20,000 bases of DNA. Origin: Squalus acanthias (taxonomy: Eukaryota). The stretch covers positions 478,118 to 498,117 of the forward strand of contig JASTWF010000353.1 of the NCBI GenBank assembly GCA_030390025.1, given 5' to 3'. Positions within the stretch are counted from its first letter, which is position 1; each line of letters opens with the position of its first letter. Under the pieces are notes generated by a model that saw only the letters and a list, made by a program, of their open reading frames with translations, was not told the origin of the DNA and ran no database searches. This document shows, piece after piece, positions 10,927 through 18,310 of this stretch. A program made the position numbers and the translations under genes.

Positions 10927-11660
10927 GGGTCCCTTACTAGTTTTAGGGCACCCTTCTTCCTCAGTTAGAACCACCGGAATCGTGGGCGGGGCTTTGCGTG
11001 GGCGCGTAATGAGCTCAGTGGCATTTACTGGGATCGGGGAGAATGGGGCTCCGCACCCCCTGGTGCTCGCATCCCACCTCATCCCCTGTCCGTTATCCTG
11101 CCACTGATTAATAAAAAATATGGAGATGCCTTTGGGGCAAACGTACTTTGACCCCCACATACATACATAAATCCCCTCATCCGGTTCCCACCATTTGTCC
11201 CAACAGACTTTCACTTGTCCGTCTGTCCCCGTAATTGTCCGATGGGTATTATTACCCAGTCGTTCCCACTCGACCGAAGAGTTTCTCATAGTTTTGCTCA
11301 GCTTTCGCAGCCACCACCATCGGCTCAATGGGACATCCCCACTACAGGTCAAACAAATCCGTTTGCCGACGGTGACGCTGATCCTGGGTGCGATGATCCG
11401 TACTTTGGGGTACATTAAAGAAGTCTCTTTGTAGGCGAACCCCGATGTGCTGGAATACTCCGTTGAGTTCGTTCCCAGCCATCCTGGCCACCTTCCCTTG
11501 TGGAAATAGGTGCTGGTCCCCTCTGCCTTCCGTCTTCCGGTCCCATCCACCGCGATGGGGGCCGTGTCCCCGGAACATCCAAACACCACGACATCCTTGG
11601 TGTGGCCTCGATAGGCCAATCCACATCCGATTGCCACGAGCAATACTGAAGTCGTTCCAT
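10927..11660 (-). pseudogene. env: env, 5' part (about 245 aa): putative signal peptide, Ig-like domain and Pro/Thr-rich linker
   Basis: In frame with the 3' part once the solo LTR and one TSD copy are removed (..KTSKGP|GNGLVLVP..). Contains hydrophobic VLLVAIGCGLAY, N-glycan sequons (NST, NSS, NNT, NAT) and C..W..DEGIYVC. The start position is uncertain. Confidence 0.8.
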
Positions 11661-11834
11661 CCTTCCTTGGTTCCTGTGATCAGATAGAATGAGGTAGCCA
11701 GCCTCGCAAAAAGTCTCTGGCTTTTGTGAAGGGTGAGCGGGTCCCCTGACCTCGCCTCACGTAAACTTCAACGTTTGCTGAATAGACTTCCTCTAAACCT
11801 AGCCTTAAAACTCCCATCATTTTATCGTTTTCTG

Positions 11835-11940
11835 TTAAAACACTACAAACTTAGCCTTATTAAAACTACAAACTTAACCTTGAACTATAAACTTAAAACT
11901 TAACCTTGAACTATAAACTTAAAACCTTAAACTAATACTT
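11835..11940. repeat. AT-rich degenerate tandem repeats in the pol-env spacer
   Basis: AAACTTAACCTTGAACTATAAACTTA occurs twice with a 26-nt period (TTGAAC at 11880 and 11906), plus degenerate AAACTT copies. Confidence 0.75.
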
Positions 11941-11971
11941 TACAGTGCCGCCCGTTCTCAGGGCGGCCCCT

Positions 11972-14900
11972 TTAAATTCTGAGAAGGCTGCTGCGAGCTC
12001 TTCCCGACGGTGGGAGGGCACTGACCCTTCCCTCTGATCTGCCGCAGCCTGTTGCTGCGCTGACCCTTTCCTCTGATCTGCCGCAGCCCGTTACTGCTGC
12101 GATGTGGCCTGTCTCTACCCGGGTTATCTTAACCTGAATTTTACGCCTTGGGGCAGTCTGGGGACATGACCACATCCTCCTGGGCTGGGGTTCTCTGCTT
12201 GACCTACGGGGAGTTGCTATGGGCGGGGGTTCCGTGACGGACGGTCCGGGTTCCGAGACCTCCAACGGGATGACCTGGGGTTCCATCACAGTCGCCGGCT
12301 CCGCCTCCGCTGACTCCGCCTCCCTAACCTCGGGGCTGGCATTTCGTGGCTCCGCCCTGCTCGGCCCAGCAGGCGGCCCTTCACTCGTGATCTCTGCCTC
12401 CCCTGAGGACTGGACGTTCAAAGCGGGCGGCCACACCTCTGGGAACCACATTGGTACTCTCTGTGCTCCTATAGCGGCTGGCCCTGCCTCCTCTAGCTCC
12501 TCCCTCCTGTTGTCGGGACCTGCAGCTTGTGTGTCCACCCCGTGTGGATCTCTACCTATCGGCCCCATTCCTCCCAGACCGTTCCTCAGGAACCACCCGT
12601 CATCATCACTATGCTCATCTGCACTATCCTCATCTGACCAGGGTACCCTGGGTTCTTCGTCATCTAACCCCCAACTCCAGAAAAACGCTGCATGATCGTC
12701 CGGGATGTCCCTTCCCCTGATGCAAGCTGCTACGCCTGCCTGTGTGCCTTGTGGTCCTACCTGGGGCTGTGTTTTCCCATTGGCGGGATTTACCCCTGTA
12801 GTTTTCCCCTGCGCACCCGGCTGGTACAGTTTGCATTGGTTTATGTGGAACCACTTAGTGCGCCGAGGTACTTTTACGGCGTAAACCATGGGACTCGCCT
12901 TGTCTACAATGTTGTAGGGTCCCATATACAGTGGTTCCAGACTCCCTACTCTGGCGTAGTTTCTGACCATGACCTGGTCTCCTACTTCCCACTCCCGCGT
13001 TTTGCGGGGTTCCAGCAACAAGCGATTGCCCTGATGCTGCCTTCCCATGTTCCCAGCCGCCTGCTCATAAACTTGCTTCAGGCGCTCCAAGAGAGTCTGG
13101 GCGAACTTGTCCCTGCTTATCTCTTGAAGCTGACCCTCAGTGAGCACCGGGGCTAGCACATGGGTGGGGGTTCGCATGAGCCTGCCGGTCATTACCTCGT
13201 GCGGGGAGTACCCCGTACTTTTTGACTGACTGGCCCGGACCCCCATGAGGACTAAAGGCAGAACTTCCGCCCATTTTTGGGGCGAGTTCCTAGTCTCTTT
13301 CCTCAATTTCTCCTTCAGGGTCCGGTTCATACGTTCAACAATCCCGGATGACTGGGGATTGTGTGCTACGTGCCACTTCCCTTCAATGCCCAAAAGCATG
13401 AGGGTGTTCTGCATCACCTGGCCGGTGAAATGACTCCCTTGGTCTGACTCCACAAAACGGGGGAGTCCCCATCGCGAGAACACTTCCCGGACCAAGATTT
13501 TTGCTGTACCCAGTGCCGTAGCTGTTCGACAAGGGAAGGCTTCCACCCACTTGGAAAACACATCTACCAGGACGAGGCAGTACTTATAACCTCCCTGGGT
13601 GGTGGGCAGGGGTCCTATATAGTCGATCTGTATCGACTGCCATGGTCCCTCTACCCTTCTTACGTGTCCCATGGGCACCTTCCTTTTCTGGGGGTCTGGG
13701 TTGTTTGCAGCGCACACAAGACAGTTTGCACAGAACTCGCGGACTTGTTCCCTGAGCCCTGGCCACCATCCCGCTTGCTCTACCCGTTGCCAGGTAACCT
13801 CGGGCCCGGGGTGCCCTGCCCCTGGTCCCTCGTGAGCCAACTGGAGGAATTCCCTCCTGTGCTGCTGCGGCACAACCCACTGCTCCCCGCGGAACAGCAT
13901 GCCTTCCTTAACTGAGAGGGTTGCCGTACTGTACGGACCTTCTACCTGTCTCCCCTCAGCAATCGTTTTTAGGACTGCTTTTAGGGCGGGATCCTGGGCT
14001 TGGACGGTCTTAAGGTCTAGGGGCAATGCTACCCTGGTGTTCCCGGTATTCCCGTCCCCGCCTCGGACCGCTGCTATGGGTCCGGTCCTATAGGGGTTCC
14101 AGAAAGTGCCGTCGCGGGCACCCTCCCTGGCTAGCGCATCCGCCTGCCGGTTGCCCTCCCCACGGGGCTCTGTGGAGGAGTGAGCTTTCACCTTATGGAT
14201 GAAAATCTCTCCTTCCTCCCCTACTGCTGCTGCTAAGATCTTTTCCAGCAAGGGCTTCACCGTTAAAGGTCGCCCGTCCGCGGAGGTGTATCCGCGGCGG
14301 GACCAAATGGCCAGGTATTCCGTACACGAATTGCAGGTGAACATACTGTCCGAGCAAATCGTGTATGGGGTTGGGAAAATGTCTGGGTGGGTCACCACGT
14401 ACACCACGGCAGACAGCTCAGCTTGCTGCGCGCTCATGGTGTTAGGGAGCTTGATCGCCAGGGCAAGGTCTGCCGCAGGGTCATAAACTCCACACCCTGT
14501 GAGTCGCTCGCCAGCAGATACTGTGCTTGACCCATCAACATAAATCTCGCGCCCAGTGGGATGTATCCCGGCCCGTAAACCTATGTTGACGTCCCACACC
14601 CCTTCCACCGAACACCGGTGGGCTGTACCGGGGTATACCAAATTGGCCGCAAGCCTGGGCTCGCAAAGACCTTTTACTCTAAGATCCAACTGGGAGAGAA
14701 GAAGGGTCCAACGCGCAATGCGTGCGCTGCTTACGGTCCCGTCTTTAATCCTCCCATCCAGAAGCATCTTAGTTGGTGTGTGATGTGTGAGGAGAGTGAT
14801 GGGAGAGAGCCCTGTGAAGATCGCTGATCTTTTCACAGCCCAATGCGTGGCTAAAAGGTGCCTTTCGCAATTGGAAAAACTTCTCTCCACATCCGTTAAT

Positions 14901-16495
14901 ACCCTGGATGAATAGACAACCGGCCTCAGCTTGCCGTGACGCTCTTGGAGCAGCACGGCGCTTAAGCTGTCCCCGCTGGCAGCTACCTCCAGGAAAAACT
15001 CCTTCCCCCCATCTATGGCCCCTAAGGCTGGCGCGGTCTGCAGATCCCTTTTTAACTTCTCGAAGGCTGCTTGGCAGCCCTCGTCCCAAAGCCACTCCAC
15101 CCCCTTATGGAGGAGTCGGAGGAGCGGCGCCGCTGTGGCCGCATAATCTTCGATAAAATCCCTGCAGTAACCGGTCAGTCCCAAGAAGGACCTCACACCC
15201 CTTACGTTGCTGGGAATCGGTAATTCTTGCACCGACTCCCTCCTTGCTTTGTCTATGGCTCTTTCCCCAGCGCGTAGGGTCAGTCCCAGGAATTTTACTT
15301 CCTGCTGACCGATACGTGCTTTCTTTGGGTTTACTTTAAAACCCTTTCTCGCTAACAGCTCCAATAATTCGTCCAGTAGTGGTCCGTGCTCCTCCCTTGA
15401 GTCCGTAAATAGGAGCAAATCATCCACATACTGTACTATCTGATTGGGCTGACTAAACTCCTTTAAACTTCCTGCCATACACTGATGAAAAATACTGGGG
15501 CTATTGTGGAAACCCTGTGGCAAACAGTTCCACGTGTACTGTTGCCCTTTAAACGTAAAGGCAAACTTGTACTGGTCCTCTCGCCGCAGCGGGATGGACC
15601 AAAAACCGTTCGAGATATCCAGCACCGTGAACGTGGTCGCGGACGCTGGGATGCTCCCTATTAGGTCAGCAACTGCTGCTACTGTGGGCGCGCAGGCGGG
15701 AATGTTACTGTTAAGGACTCTGTAGTCCACCGTGGCTCTCCACGAATTATCCGGCTTCCTAACCGGCCATAATGGGGAGTTCACGTGTGTGGCTATCGGC
15801 CTCAACACGCCCTGCTGCACCAAGGAAGACATTGCTGTCTCCATATCGGGTTCTGCTTCTTTGGGGAAGTTATACTGCTTTTGGGGTCGGGTCATGGGGT
15901 CCCCATCTACGCTGACCTCAAACCCGACCACCCTCCCACAATCGTGCTTGTGGGTTGCAAACGCGTGCATATTATCTGACACGTACGTTTGCATGTCCTT
16001 TGGGACATCTGCGACCATAAGCCTGAGGTCGTAGCCTCCGGATGGCTGTACGGTACACAGGACCCCTGTTTCTTCCTCCCCTTGAATTACCATTACCTCG
16101 CCTTTTTCACCTTTAGCCCCCCAGAGACAGTGATTTCTGAGGTCCACGAGGATCCCGTGTCCCGCTAGGAGATCGGACCCGAGAATACCTCTTCCACCCC
16201 CCTTTTGCCATGCCATCAGTATACACTTCCACTTAAGGCGAAGTGTTCCTAAACGAATGGATAGCGGGAGGGAAAACGTGCCAGCCTGTTCTTTCCCTGT
16301 GAACCCTGCTAGCGTGAATGGGACCTTGGTAGATAGCGGCGAGTCAAAAGGGTCATCTGTATGGATTATGGTGCAAGAAGCTCCCGTGTCCAACAAATAA
16401 CTACCCTTCTGTTTCTCTACCTCCATCTCCACCACAGGTCGCCTCCACGCATCATAGCTGAGCGGACACAGGTAGACGGGCTGTGCTGGTTCTAG
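11972..16495 (-). CDS. pol: Pol (1507 aa from the gag stop): protease, RT, degenerate RNase H (tether), RNase H, integrase, low-complexity tail
   Basis: LLDTGAS (~16390); RPQKQY, LDISNGFW, LPQGF, YVDD (15430-15419); tether EVAAS..YSSR..CERHLLA; RNase H YVDGSS..AQQAEL..SDS..KVKAH..GNRQADALA; IN H-H-CLVC, IDYIG/SDQG/VERMN and GPY. The frame is uninterrupted. Confidence 0.97.
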   Translation of the reverse strand, partial: LEPAQPVYLCPLSYDAWRRPVVEMEVEKQKGSYLLDTGASCTIIHTDDPFDSPLSTKVPFTLAGFTGKEQAGTFSLPLSIRLGTLRLKWKCILMAWQKGGGRGILGSDLLAGHGILVDLRNHCLWGAKGEKGEVMVIQGEEETGVLCTVQPSGGYDLRLMVADVPKDMQTYVSDNMHAFATHKHDCGRVVGFEVSVDGDPMTRPQKQYNFPKEAEPDMETAMSSLVQQGVLRPIATHVNSPLWPVRKPDNSWRATVDYRVLNSNIPACAPTVAAVADLIGSIPASATTFTVLDISNGFWSIPLRREDQYKFAFTFKGQQYTWNCLPQGFHNSPSIFHQCMAGSLKEFSQPNQIVQYVDDLLLFTDSREEHGPLLDELLELLARKGFKVNPKKARIGQQEVKFLGLTLRAGERAIDKARRESVQELPIPSNVRGVRSFLGLTGYCRDFIEDYAATAAPLLRLLHKGVEWLWDEGCQAAFEKLKRDLQTAPALGAIDGGKEFFLEVAASGDSLSAVLLQERHGKLRPVVYSSRVLTDVERSFSNCERHLLATHWAVKRSAIFTGLSPITLLTHHTPTKMLLDGRIKDGTVSSARIARWTLLLSQLDLRVKGLCEPRLAANLVYPGTAHRCSVEGVWDVNIGLRAGIHPTGREIYVDGSSTVSAGERLTGCGVYDPAADLALAIKLPNTMSAQQAELSAVVYVVTHPDIFPTPYTICSDSMFTCNSCTEYLAIWSRRGYTSADGRPLTVKPLLEKILAAAVGEEGEIFIHKVKAHSSTEPRGEGNRQADALAREGARDGTFWNPYRTGPIAAVRGGDGNTGNTRVALPLDLKTVQAQDPALKAVLKTIAEGRQVEGPYSTATLSVKEGMLFRGEQWVVPQQHRREFLQLAHEGPGAGHPGPEVTWQRVEQAGWWPGLREQVREFCANCLVCAANNPDPQKRKVPMGHVRRVEGPWQSIQIDYIGPLPTTQGGYKYCLVLVDVFSKWVEAFPCRTATALGTAKILVREVFSRWGLPRFVESDQGSHFTGQVMQNTLMLLGIEGKWHVAHNPQSSGIVERMNRTLKEKLRKETRNSPQKWAEVLPLVLMGVRASQSKSTGYSPHEVMTGRLMRTPTHVLAPVLTEGQLQEISRDKFAQTLLERLKQVYEQAAGNMGRQHQGNRLLLEPRKTREWEVGDQVMVRNYARVGSLEPLYMGPYNIVDKASPMVYAVKVPRRTKWFHINQCKLYQPGAQGKTTGVNPANGKTQPQVGPQGTQAGVAACIRGRDIPDDHAAFFWSWGLDDEEPRVPWSDEDSADEHSDDDGWFLRNGLGGMGPIGRDPHGVDTQAAGPDNRREELEEAGPAAIGAQRVPMWFPEVWPPALNVQSSGEAEITSEGPPAGPSRAEPRNASPEVREAESAEAEPATVMEPQVIPLEVSEPGPSVTEPPPIATPRRSSREPQPRRMWSCPQTAPRRKIQVKITRVETGHIAAVTGCGRSEERVSAATGCGRSEGRVSALPPSGRARSSLLRI
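12021..12098. repeat. 39-bp in-frame tandem duplication near the pol 3' end
   Basis: CTGACCCTT at 12021 and 12060; encodes TGCGRSEERVSAA / TGCGRSEGRVSAL. Confidence 0.85.
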
Positions 16496-16498
16496 TCA
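16492..16498 (-). promoter_or_regulatory. Gag-Pol stop-codon readthrough signal UGA-CUAG
   Basis: The minus strand reads GCC CCA TGA CTA GAA CCA..; gag and pol are in the same frame and separated only by this TGA. Confidence 0.8.
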
Positions 16499-17539
16499 TG
16501 GGGCACTATTAGACGGTCCTGCGGCACCTACGGGGCCGGTTGCGACCGCCACCTGTCCACGCGCATTCAAAACCATCTTGCGCATGGCTCCTAACACTGC
16601 TTCGAGGTCGTCGGGAGAGGTGGGTGCCTTTGCTTCCTTAGGCGGGACAGGCGCCTGGGCTCGGACCGCGGGATTTTTATCCTTGGAATCCTTCCAAGGG
16701 TTCCTGCAGTGCTTGCGCCAGTGCCCTGTCTTCCCACACCCGTAACAGGCATTACTTGCCTGTGGGGCGCGATTACCCTCCTGATGCCACTCTCTTTGAG
16801 CCGGGGCTGCGGGTCGTACCTCATGTACTCTTCCCTTAAAGGGACGTGTCGTCATACCCCTTATGTTACGGTAACCTAACGTGAGTCGATTCAAGACCGA
16901 CTCTTCCGTAAGGTTGAGGTCATTGGGATCGAACCAGGCTTTTGCCTGCTCTCTAACGGCTGGTAAACTGTTGGCTATTATGCACCTAAGCCAATGAATT
17001 AAAGCGGCGCCTTCCACATCTTCGCGCTCGGGCGCACCTAGACAGCTGCGCTCATATACTGGCCACAGCCTGTCGGCAAAAACCTTCGGGGGTTCTCCCT
17101 CCATCTGCACTGTCTGTCCCACTCTAGCAAACGGACCTCCGTCGTTCGCCCCCACTACTTCTAGGACCTCATTTTTCAATTCCTCATAACTTTTGTTTCC
17201 CCTCTTGCTCTCGCCTGAGAGACACTGAAGGACCGAGCTGTCTAATGAGAACAGCAGCATTTTTGCTGTCTCCCCATCATCGCAGCCGTTAATGGCTGCG
17301 GCTTGCTCAACTTCCCTGAAATGTACGGAAGGGTCGTCTATCTCGGTCAGCTTCCTTACGTGGTTTATCATGGCTCTCAGCTGATGTGAACTGTGAGGCA
17401 ACACCAGCTGTCCGAGGAGATCCCCCGGTTCTTCCCCACCGTTTCTGCTTGGGCCCCTTTTAATCCCCGTTACTGGATACAACGATCCCTTTTCTACTTC
17501 CTTCTCAATGGGCTCTTTGTTTCTTCCGTTGCTTCCTCC
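16496..17539 (-). CDS. gag: Gag, C-terminal part (capsid-like region and nucleocapsid)
   Basis: CCHC knuckle CYGCGKTGHWRKHC (16747-16706) and the MHR-like segment QMEGEPPKVFADRL. The frame is open from 17539, overlapping the upstream gag ORF in the -1 frame, and has no ATG at its start. Confidence 0.88.
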   Translation of the reverse strand, partial: GGSNGRNKEPIEKEVEKGSLYPVTGIKRGPSRNGGEEPGDLLGQLVLPHSSHQLRAMINHVRKLTEIDDPSVHFREVEQAAAINGCDDGETAKMLLFSLDSSVLQCLSGESKRGNKSYEELKNEVLEVVGANDGGPFARVGQTVQMEGEPPKVFADRLWPVYERSCLGAPEREDVEGAALIHWLRCIIANSLPAVREQAKAWFDPNDLNLTEESVLNRLTLGYRNIRGMTTRPFKGRVHEVRPAAPAQREWHQEGNRAPQASNACYGCGKTGHWRKHCRNPWKDSKDKNPAVRAQAPVPPKEAKAPTSPDDLEAVLGAMRKMVLNARGQVAVATGPVGAAGPSNSAP

Positions 17540-18306
17540 CTAACCCAGGTTTCTGAATAGCTGGGTGGCGCGGAGGGCGCAGTGGCTACTACTTCTTCTG
17601 CTTTACTTGGTGGGGAATTTCTAAATCTCTCATTTACTAGCGGCTGGCGCGCCGACGGATTGATAAGGCATACCATGCCGTTCGCATTATTCACGGCCTT
17701 TTTGAGGCTCTCTATCTCTTTTTGGCAGGCGCTATGGTCGGCTCCCTGAAACTTATCCTCAAGGGCCAACTTATACGCCGACCTAACCCCCATTAAGCTC
17801 TCTTCTTGAGTTCTTATCTGGGCAGCTTGGCGGTTACATCTTTCCTTCATCCTACTCTCGTTCAATTTTGCTTCAGTGATCTGGCACTCGAGATACTCTA
17901 CCCTTGTTTTAAGGTAACTGGAGACTTCCTGGCTTTCCTGGCGTAACTCATTTAAATTCTTAATGAGCACCTCCCCTCCAGAAACCTTCTCCTCCATTTC
18001 TCCCTCTAAATGGCTGATACGAGCTGTTAGCGCTGTAATGGTCTGGTTTGAAATCTGAACCTGCCTTTTGTAGCACATAAGCCAGACTGCTTTCTCAACT
18101 GCCTTTTTATGTTCCTTACTATCAGTCCATCTTTCAGCTGCCTCTAATGGGCTCTTATCCGCTAACAATTCACTTATCCACTTTTTAGTTAGATTAACCT
18201 TTCCAAACACATAATCCGCTATCTTTTCCTGCATAACATTTCGTACAGTCATTCCAAAATCTAACACACTACCCTCTCGCTGCCAGTGTCCTGCCGCGGT
18301 CGCCAT
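17494..18306 (-). CDS. gag: Gag, N-terminal part (270 aa, coiled-coil-rich, with late domain)
   Basis: First ORF after the 5' LTR, ATG in strong context (AAAATGG), long heptad-like helical stretch and PSAPPSY motif. One added base would fuse it to the next ORF as a ~603-aa Gag. Confidence 0.8.
   Translation of the reverse strand: MATAAGHWQREGSVLDFGMTVRNVMQEKIADYVFGKVNLTKKWISELLADKSPLEAAERWTDSKEHKKAVEKAVWLMCYKRQVQISNQTITALTARISHLEGEMEEKVSGGEVLIKNLNELRQESQEVSSYLKTRVEYLECQITEAKLNESRMKERCNRQAAQIRTQEESLMGVRSAYKLALEDKFQGADHSACQKEIESLKKAVNNANGMVCLINPSARQPLVNERFRNSPPSKAEEVVATAPSAPPSYSETWVREEATEETKSPLRRK
18288..18305 (-). promoter_or_regulatory. Primer-binding site complementary to the tRNA-Arg(UCG) 3' end
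   Basis: Minus strand TGGCGACCGCGGCAGGAC; its complement GTCCTGCCGCGGTCG-CCA matches the 3' 18 nt of a vertebrate tRNA-Arg(TCG) as I recall it. It lies 5 nt from the LTR end. Confidence 0.85.
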
Positions 18307-18310
18307 TTTC

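Noticed and set aside
12219..16034. Many + strand and alternate-frame ORFs over pol (and over env)
   Set aside because: Shadow ORFs of GC-rich coding sequence with no independent evidence.
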